Shown: piece by piece, positions 58,043 through 64,000 of the stretch
Position numbering within the stretch: position 1 is the first letter of the stretch
How the letters are laid out: each line of letters opens with the position of its first letter
From: Flavobacterium sp.
GTDB lineage: Bacteria > Bacteroidota > Bacteroidia > Flavobacteriales > Flavobacteriaceae
Direction: 5' to 3'
Length of the DNA: 64,000 bases
Assembly: GCF_043780635.1 (NCBI RefSeq)
Contig: NZ_JAYWCK010000030.1
Span: 349 to 64,348, forward strand
Position numbers and translations under genes: made by a program
The notes under the pieces: model-generated
Databases searched by the model: none
Seen by the model: the letters and a program-made list of their open reading frames with translations, nothing else
Told to the model about the DNA's origin: nothing

Positions 58043-58387
58043 TCATTTATCGTCTCCAATAATTTTATATACAATTGACTGACAAACAGAAAGAATTATA
58101 CTAAAAATTAAGGCGGTCCAAAATGAATTTATCCTAAATCCATCCACAAGCCTTGAACATAATAAAATGATCACTGCGTTGATGACAAATAAAAATAACC
58201 CTAAAGTTAAAATAGTTGCAGGCAATGTCAATATAACTAAAATTGGCTTAACAAATAAATTAAGCAACCCCAAAACAACTGCAACAATTAAAGCAGTCGT
58301 AAAATCAGCAACACTGACACTTGTCATAAAGTGTGCAATAAGCAAAACCAAACCTGATGTAATTAAAATTCTGATTAGTAGCTTCAT
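58043..58387 (-). CDS. small 4-TM membrane protein (holin family IV / DUF360-like)
   Basis: 114 aa with four hydrophobic segments. Pattern recalled from the YvlD/DUF360 family. Confidence 0.6.
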   Translation of the reverse strand: MKLLIRILITSGLVLLIAHFMTSVSVADFTTALIVAVVLGLLNLFVKPILVILTLPATILTLGLFLFVINAVIILLCSRLVDGFRINSFWTALIFSIILSVCQSIVYKIIGDDK

Positions 58388-58472
58388 AAGTTTTTATTTC
58401 AAAAGTAAAATAATTATTTTAAAAATCGACATTTTTTTTTATCTTCGTGGGATAAATCTTAAAACTAAAGTT

Positions 58473-59807
58473 ATGAAGAAAATATTACTTTCCGTTTTAT
58501 TGGCTAGTTCATTTATTGCAAACGCCCAGTTTTGGAATGAAAAAGCAACAGGTTTTGCAACTTCTGGCAGAACTTTATACAGTGTATCTATCGTAGATGC
58601 AAATGTAATTTGGGCTCAGGAGTATGATAGTGCTACATTGGATTATACTATAAAAGGATTTACACGCAGCACAGATGGAGGAGAAACTTGGACAGCTGCA
58701 CCAATAGATTTAAATGTAGCTACACCATCGGATTTAGGTATTTCTTCAATTACGGCAGTTTCAGCAACAACCGCATGGATATCTGTGTATCCTATTAATA
58801 TCCTCACTACTGAAGGTGGTATTTGGAAAACCACAGATAGCGGAACGACTTGGAATAAACAAACATCAACCGCATTTAGTAATTTATCAGAATCCTATGC
58901 GAACTTCGTTTATTTCTGGGATGCCAATAATGGAGTTGCAGGAGGCGATCCAGAAAACGGAGAATTTGAAATTTACACAACAAGTGATGGTGGAACAAAT
59001 TGGATAAGAGTTAATGGTGCAAATATTCCAGATCCTATAGTAGATACTGTTAGTGAATATGGTTATGAAAATATTTATACAGTTTCAGAAAACACCATTT
59101 GGTTTGGAACTGACAGGGGTAGAATATTCAAATCTGATAACAAAGGGCTAACTTGGACTGTTAATACTAACCCTACACCCAGTATAGATTTCGGACTTGA
59201 CAGGTTCACTTTTTCGGATGCGAACAAAGGTCTTTTGATGACTTATAACCCCGTTAAACTTTTCAATACAACTGATGGAGGAGCAAATTGGAGTCCAATG
59301 GCAATCACAGGTAGCCTTTATAATACTGATATCGCTTACATTCCAGGTACTTCGACAGTGATTTCTGCCGCGTCAGCAAATCCACTTGGTTCTTCCTATA
59401 GCTTAGATGATGGTTTGACTTGGACAACTATTGATGGGGTCTCACACGGTACATTAGCTTTTTTGAATAATTCTTTTGGGTTTTCAGCAGGCTTAAATAC
59501 TAACGCTACTACAGGAGGAATTTATAAATTTACTGGAATTCCATTAAAAGTCCCTAGCTTTGATTTAAAAAAACAACTGTTTGCCTATCCAAATCCAACA
59601 AATGGAATGTTGCATTTAGATTCTGAAGTATTCTTAATTAAAGATTCTGCAGTTTTTGACTTATTAGGAAGACAAGTATATTCTTCTAAATTTTCAAATT
59701 TAAACAAAGCCGATTTAGATTTAAATTCCCTTCAAACTGGAAATTATGTATTGAAAGTAACGTCTTATTCTGGAAAAACAGAAACTATGAAGATTATGAA
59801 AAAATAA
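58473..59807 (+). CDS. secreted BNR/Asp-box beta-propeller protein with a T9SS C-terminal sorting domain
   Basis: Start at MKKILLSVLLASSFIANAQ. Six SxDxGxTW-like boxes (STDGGETW, TTDSGTTW, TSDGGTNW, SDNKGLTW, TTDGGANW, SLDDGLTW). The C-terminal roughly 75 aa have the Por_Secre_tail pattern (YPNPTNG...LKV). Confidence 0.8.
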   Translation: MKKILLSVLLASSFIANAQFWNEKATGFATSGRTLYSVSIVDANVIWAQEYDSATLDYTIKGFTRSTDGGETWTAAPIDLNVATPSDLGISSITAVSATTAWISVYPINILTTEGGIWKTTDSGTTWNKQTSTAFSNLSESYANFVYFWDANNGVAGGDPENGEFEIYTTSDGGTNWIRVNGANIPDPIVDTVSEYGYENIYTVSENTIWFGTDRGRIFKSDNKGLTWTVNTNPTPSIDFGLDRFTFSDANKGLLMTYNPVKLFNTTDGGANWSPMAITGSLYNTDIAYIPGTSTVISAASANPLGSSYSLDDGLTWTTIDGVSHGTLAFLNNSFGFSAGLNTNATTGGIYKFTGIPLKVPSFDLKKQLFAYPNPTNGMLHLDSEVFLIKDSAVFDLLGRQVYSSKFSNLNKADLDLNSLQTGNYVLKVTSYSGKTETMKIMKK

Positions 59808-59821
59808 ATTTTGATAAAATA

Positions 59822-59866
59822 AAAGTTAAAGCCCTTTTCAAATTTATTGAAAAGGGCTTTAACTTT
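59822..59866. terminator. bidirectional terminator
   Basis: Perfect 20-bp stem AAAGTTAAAGCCCTTTTCAA / TTGAAAAGGGCTTTAACTTT with T and A runs on both sides. Confidence 0.8.
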
Positions 59867-60627
59867 TATTTTAAAAACGAACTCGTAATCTCATAAAATA
59901 GTTTTGGATTTTCGGCGTGGAGCCAATGCCCTACATTAGGAATAGTTTCAATTCTTGAATTGGGAAAATGTTGTTGAATAATTGCAAAATCTTGATCAAT
60001 AATATAATTGGAATTTCCGCCACGAATAAAAAGTGTTGGTTTCGTGAAAACGGCATTCTCGGGAAGTCGCTTCCCTATTTCCTCTATTTTTTTATTAAAA
60101 ACAGTTAAATTAAATCGAAACGCTAATTGTCCAGGCTCTTGCCAATAAAGATTTTTCAACAAGAATTGTCTGGTTCCAAAATCAGCTATATATTTCTCCA
60201 AGATTTCTTCGACCTCCTTTCGGCTTGGTTTTTTTGAGAAATCGACAGCATTAAGTCCTTCGAGAATACTTTGATGATGTTGTGAATAAAATTTTGGACC
60301 AATATCGGCAACTACTAATTTTTCGACCATCTCTGGATGGATTGTTGCAAAAAGCATAGCTGTTTTTCCACCCATTGAATGTCCTAAAATGTTGACTTTT
60401 TCGAGACTATTGGCTTTGCAATATTCGTAAACATCTTGAGCCATTATTTCGTAACTAAATTCATCGGAATGAAAACTCTTGCCATGATTGCGCAAATCCA
60501 GCAAATGAACCTGATATCCATTGGCTGCGAATTGCATTCCCATTGTTTTCCAATTGTCTGACATTCCTAGGAATCCGTGCAGTATTAAAAGTGGTTTTCC
60601 TTCGCCTTCTATTTTTGAGTACAACAT
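59866..60627 (-). CDS. alpha/beta fold hydrolase
   Basis: Motifs HGFLG, GHSMGG and a C-terminal GHW. Confidence 0.85.
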   Translation of the reverse strand: MLYSKIEGEGKPLLILHGFLGMSDNWKTMGMQFAANGYQVHLLDLRNHGKSFHSDEFSYEIMAQDVYEYCKANSLEKVNILGHSMGGKTAMLFATIHPEMVEKLVVADIGPKFYSQHHQSILEGLNAVDFSKKPSRKEVEEILEKYIADFGTRQFLLKNLYWQEPGQLAFRFNLTVFNKKIEEIGKRLPENAVFTKPTLFIRGGNSNYIIDQDFAIIQQHFPNSRIETIPNVGHWLHAENPKLFYEITSSFLK

Positions 60628-60655
60628 TTATAATATTTTTTTAGTCAAAAAACTT

Positions 60656-61369
60656 TTATTTCAGTTTTTGTAAATACATATTCACCACATTATCCAATCC
60701 GAGATAAATGGCTTCGGAAATAAGTGCGTGACCAATGGAAACTTCGAGCAAACCGGGAATATTTTGATTGAAAAACTGAATGTTGTCCAGACTCAAATCG
60801 TGTCCAGCATTAATTCCAAGTCCAATTTCATTCGCTAATAAAGCCGATTTTACATAAGGGTCAATTCCGTTTTTGTTTCCCAAACTATATTCGTGAGCAA
60901 AAGCTTCGGTATACAATTCGATTCTTTCGGTCCCAATGATTTTTGCACCTTCAATCATTTCGAGAACAGGATCAACAAAAATCGAAGTTCTAATTCCGTT
61001 TCGCTGAAATTCCTGAACAATTTCAGTTAGGAAATCCTTGTGTTTTATGGTATCCCAACCTGCATTCGAAGTTATGGCGTCGATGGCATCAGGAACTAAT
61101 GTGACTTGTGTTGGTTTTATTTCGAGAACTAAATCGATAAAAGTTTTTTCAGGATTTCCTTCAATATTATATTCGGTATAAACGATTGATTTCAGGTCTC
61201 GAGCATCTTGATATCGAATGTGACGTTCATCTGGACGTGGATGAATCGTGATTCCTTGTGCACCAAATTTTTGAATATCAGTGGCAACTTTTAATAAATC
61301 CGGAACATTTCCGCCACGAGCATTACGCAAAGTTGCTATTTTGTTAATATTTACACTTAACTTTGTCAT
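60656..61369 (-). CDS. pdxJ: pyridoxine 5'-phosphate synthase
   Basis: Start moved to MTKLSVNINKIATLRNARG. Contains HPRPDERH and SIGHALI motifs. Confidence 0.92.
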   Translation of the reverse strand: MTKLSVNINKIATLRNARGGNVPDLLKVATDIQKFGAQGITIHPRPDERHIRYQDARDLKSIVYTEYNIEGNPEKTFIDLVLEIKPTQVTLVPDAIDAITSNAGWDTIKHKDFLTEIVQEFQRNGIRTSIFVDPVLEMIEGAKIIGTERIELYTEAFAHEYSLGNKNGIDPYVKSALLANEIGLGINAGHDLSLDNIQFFNQNIPGLLEVSIGHALISEAIYLGLDNVVNMYLQKLK

Positions 61370-61441
61370 TGGAATAGTTTTTAGAATAATTTTTATGGCT
61401 TTGAAGTGCAAAAATACAAAGTAAAACTAGCCGTTATTGCA

Positions 61442-61449
61442 TAATTTTG
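61442..61449 (+). promoter_or_regulatory. -7 box (TAATTTTG)
   Basis: TAnnTTTG match 33 nt upstream of the ATG at 61482. Confidence 0.3.
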
Positions 61450-61481
61450 ATTATTTTGCATCAAATATTTTGAATTGATTT

Positions 61482-62141
61482 ATGACTGAAATTACAAACT
61501 ATATCACCAATGATTTTAAAGCGATTGACAGCCAGGAAAGTATTGCGGTTGTTCAGGAGTTTTTTGATGAATTAACTTTTTCACATTTTCCGGTGGTTGA
61601 AGAGGAAATTTACATTGGTAGTATTGCTTCTGATGACATCGAATCTTTTGACAGTTCTAAAAAAGTAATCGATTATAGACATACTCTTGCAAGATTTTTT
61701 GCCCGAACTACTATGATTTGGCTTGATGTTTTGGAGGTTTTTGCAAAAAATAACACCAACTTAATTCCTGTTTTGGACGAAAAAAATAAATATGTAGGCT
61801 ATTATGAAATTGCCGACATTATGAAATTTTTTAATGAAACCCCTTTTTTGAATGAGACAGGAAGTATTATTATTGTCAAAAAAAGAGCTTTAGATCATTC
61901 AATGAGTGAAATTACTCAAATCATAGAAAGTAATAATGGCAAAATATTAGGTTTATTCGTGTCAGAAACAGATACTGAAAGCATACAAATTACTATTAAA
62001 ATAAGTTTAGGAGCCATAAACGAAATAATTCAGTCCTTTAGAAGGTATAATTATGAAATTATATCGGAACATTACGAAGATAATTACATCAACACCTTAA
62101 AGGATCGCTCAGATTATTTGGACAAATACCTTAATATATAA
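61482..62141 (+). CDS. CBS domain-containing protein
   Basis: 219 aa with a CBS-like pattern (HFPVVEEE.YIG, IPVLDEKNKYVGY), at the conserved position between pdxJ and nadK. Confidence 0.7.
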   Translation: MTEITNYITNDFKAIDSQESIAVVQEFFDELTFSHFPVVEEEIYIGSIASDDIESFDSSKKVIDYRHTLARFFARTTMIWLDVLEVFAKNNTNLIPVLDEKNKYVGYYEIADIMKFFNETPFLNETGSIIIVKKRALDHSMSEITQIIESNNGKILGLFVSETDTESIQITIKISLGAINEIIQSFRRYNYEIISEHYEDNYINTLKDRSDYLDKYLNI

Positions 62142-62148
62142 TACAGAA

Positions 62149-63033
62149 ATGAAAGTAGCCATTTACGGTCAATACTATCAAAATAGTACCGAACCCATCA
62201 TAAAAGACATTTTTGTTTTTCTTATTAAGAATAATGTTGAGATGATTATTGAGTCGAATTTTTTTAAAATATTGTTCGAAAAAAAAATCATAGATAAGGA
62301 CTATCCAACTTTTAAATCTTATACGGAGTTAAACAGTAGTTTTGATATGCTAATTAGCATTGGCGGAGATGGTACTATTTTGAAAGCGGCAACTTTAGTT
62401 CGGGATTCAGGAGTGCCAATTTTAGGCATAAACGCAGGTCGTTTGGGATTTCTAGCCACAGTTCAAAAAGAGAATATTCCAAAATTTATGCAATTTATTA
62501 TTGATAAAAAATATTCTATTTCTAAAAGAACTTTGTTGAATTTGTCGTGCTCGCCTGATAATGAAGCCATTCAGGACATTAATTTTGCCCTAAATGAAAT
62601 TTCGGTTAGTCGTAAAGACACCACTTCGATGATAACGATTGAAACTTATTTAAATAATGAATATTTGAATTCCTACTGGGCTGATGGTCTAATCATCGCA
62701 ACACCTACTGGCTCAACAGGATATTCTATGAGTTGCGGAGGGCCAATATTAACCCCAAATGCTAGAAGTGTAGTTATTACTCCAATTGCACCACACAATC
62801 TAAACGCCCGCCCACTTGTGGTTACAGACGAAACAGAAATTAGACTAAAAGTTTCGGGTAGAGACGATCATTATTTGGTTTCTCTAGATTCTAGAATCAT
62901 TTCTGTAAAAAACGAAACTGTATTATTTATAAAAAAATCCCCATTTCAAATAAATATGGTAGAGATTCCCAACGAAACTTTTTTGAAAACACTTCGCACC
63001 AAGTTGTTTTGGGGTGAAGACCGAAGAAATTAA
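62149..63033 (+). CDS. nadK: NAD kinase
   Basis: Motifs GGDGTIL, NAGRLGFL and ATPTGSTGYS. Confidence 0.93.
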   Translation: MKVAIYGQYYQNSTEPIIKDIFVFLIKNNVEMIIESNFFKILFEKKIIDKDYPTFKSYTELNSSFDMLISIGGDGTILKAATLVRDSGVPILGINAGRLGFLATVQKENIPKFMQFIIDKKYSISKRTLLNLSCSPDNEAIQDINFALNEISVSRKDTTSMITIETYLNNEYLNSYWADGLIIATPTGSTGYSMSCGGPILTPNARSVVITPIAPHNLNARPLVVTDETEIRLKVSGRDDHYLVSLDSRIISVKNETVLFIKKSPFQINMVEIPNETFLKTLRTKLFWGEDRRN

Positions 63034-63178
63034 ATCATTTTTAACTATTCGCCATACGAATATCCTGATTTTTTCCGTTTCTGTAATATCGAATCAATAA
63101 TTGACATTGTTTTTTGAGTCAATTTTCCAATTGTGGACACATTTAATCCAATGAGTATTGATTCGTGTTGATAATTAT

Positions 63179-63186
63179 TATATTTG
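63179..63186 (+). promoter_or_regulatory. -7 box (TATATTTG) with a TTG 18 nt upstream
   Basis: TAnnTTTG match 19 nt upstream of the ATG at 63205. A TTG lies at 63158-63160. Confidence 0.35.
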
Positions 63187-63204
63187 CACGCAATTTTTAA
63201 TTAA

Positions 63205-63879
63205 ATGTATAAACTTTTCAATCTAATATTCCTGTTCTTCTTTTTTTCAATGAGTGCACAAATTCATGAAATAGGTGTTTTTGCCGGTGGAAGCAACTAT
63301 ATTGGCGATGTTGGGCTTACAACTTACATTTCACCAAACGAACCTGCAATCGGAATTTTATACAAATGGAATAAAAGTCCGAGACATTCCTATCGTTTTT
63401 CTTACACCCAATCAAAAATTTTCGCAAATGATTTTGATTCGAAAGAGCCAAGTAGAAATCAAAGAGGTTATCGCTTTGAAAATAGCATAAAAGAAGTATC
63501 TTTAGGCCTTGAATTTAATTTTTTTGATTTTAATTTACACGAAATCAAAAGAAAATACACCCCTTATGTTTATTCGGGGATAAGTTATTTCAGGTATGAC
63601 GAATTGTATGTTGAATCGGAAGAAACGCTAAAGGAATCGAGTACTGGTTCATTTGCAATTCCAATGACTTTAGGGGTAAAATCAAATGTTTCACCTCATA
63701 TCGTTTTGGCTTTGGAGGTTGGAGCAAGATATACATTAACGGATAATTTAGACGGAAGTAATCCAGAGAACGAAAGTTTTGCAAAATTTGGAAATATAAA
63801 TAATAATGATTGGTATGTTTTTTCAGGGCTAACACTAACGTATACCTTTGGAAACAAGCCTTGCTATTGTGCAGAATAA
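63205..63879 (+). CDS. outer-membrane beta-barrel protein (DUF6089-like)
   Basis: Signal peptide, alternating beta-strand pattern and a C-terminal aromatic residue context. It occupies the conserved position between nadK and uppS. Family name recalled from memory. Confidence 0.65.
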   Translation: MYKLFNLIFLFFFFSMSAQIHEIGVFAGGSNYIGDVGLTTYISPNEPAIGILYKWNKSPRHSYRFSYTQSKIFANDFDSKEPSRNQRGYRFENSIKEVSLGLEFNFFDFNLHEIKRKYTPYVYSGISYFRYDELYVESEETLKESSTGSFAIPMTLGVKSNVSPHIVLALEVGARYTLTDNLDGSNPENESFAKFGNINNNDWYVFSGLTLTYTFGNKPCYCAE

Positions 63880-63883
63880 GAAA

Positions 63884-64000
63884 ATGAAATTACTAGATAC
63901 TATAGACTTAACAAATTTACCCAAACATTTAGCCATCATCATGGACGGTAATGGTCGTTGGGCAAAACAAAAAGGAATGTTACGAGCTTTAGGACACGAA
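63884..64000 (+). CDS. uppS: isoprenyl transferase / undecaprenyl diphosphate synthase (5' partial, runs off the window)
   Basis: [31 protein letters not shown]... carries the DGNGRWA motif. Confidence 0.88.
   Translation, partial: MKLLDTIDLTNLPKHLAIIMDGNGRWAKQKGMLRALGHE

Noticed and set aside
58043-58387. Holin-family membrane protein as a sign of a prophage or lysis cassette.
   Set aside because: There is no endolysin, spanin, integrase or any other phage gene within the window. The gene is flanked by tig and a T9SS cargo gene, so it is probably a housekeeping DUF360-type membrane protein.
58167-58472. 102-codon N-terminal extension of the T9SS propeller ORF.
   Set aside because: It is antisense to the membrane protein gene. 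A canonical signal peptide begins at the internal ATG at 58473.

Overview
The window is an AT-rich chromosomal core segment that looks like a Flavobacterium-type Bacteroidota genome. The pointers are gldB-gldC gliding genes, a T9SS C-terminal sorting domain, TAnnTTTG -7 boxes close to start codons, and the gene order pdxJ / CBS / nadK / beta-barrel / uppS. All protein calls come from motifs read in the supplied translations, not from database searches.

Content:
- A complete division/cell-wall (dcw) cluster on the minus strand at 1772..17541: mraZ-rsmH-ftsL-ftsI-murE-mraY-murD-ftsW-murG-murC-ftsQ-ftsA-ftsZ.
- Housekeeping genes: rpe, engB, nadE, dnaG, rlmN, tatA, pepE, gpmI, map, clpX, clpP, tig, pdxJ, nadK and the uppS 5' end.
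- Two tRNAs: Arg-TCG and Gly-TCC.
- A TetR + ABC + HlyD + TolC exporter operon, and several envelope or secreted proteins present as tandem paralogues.
- No rRNA, CRISPR array, transposase, integrase or prophage was seen.

Most interesting observations:
1. Three copies of a rod-like palindromic element (1505, 20708, 28585). The base-paired positions covary between copies, while purine-rich GAA/GAA-type internal loops are conserved. This points to a structured RNA or a DNA element.
2. A pair of nuclease genes at 51324..53567: an ATP-cone domain fused to a PD-(D/E)xK nuclease, next to a beta-CASP MBL nuclease. It could be a nucleotide-sensing module.
3. Four GTGGTA direct repeats at 10-bp phasing over the dcw promoter, a likely MraZ operator.
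4. DnaG in which all four zinc-ribbon ligands are replaced.
5. A decaying locus beside tRNA-Gly: a duplicated tRNA 3' end, a broken GNAT gene, and an L,D-transpeptidase interrupted exactly at an A_AAA_AAA slippery run.
6. An ABC exporter with degenerate ATPase motifs.

I cannot demonstrate a novel multi-gene system from the sequence alone. Items 1 and 2 are the best candidates.
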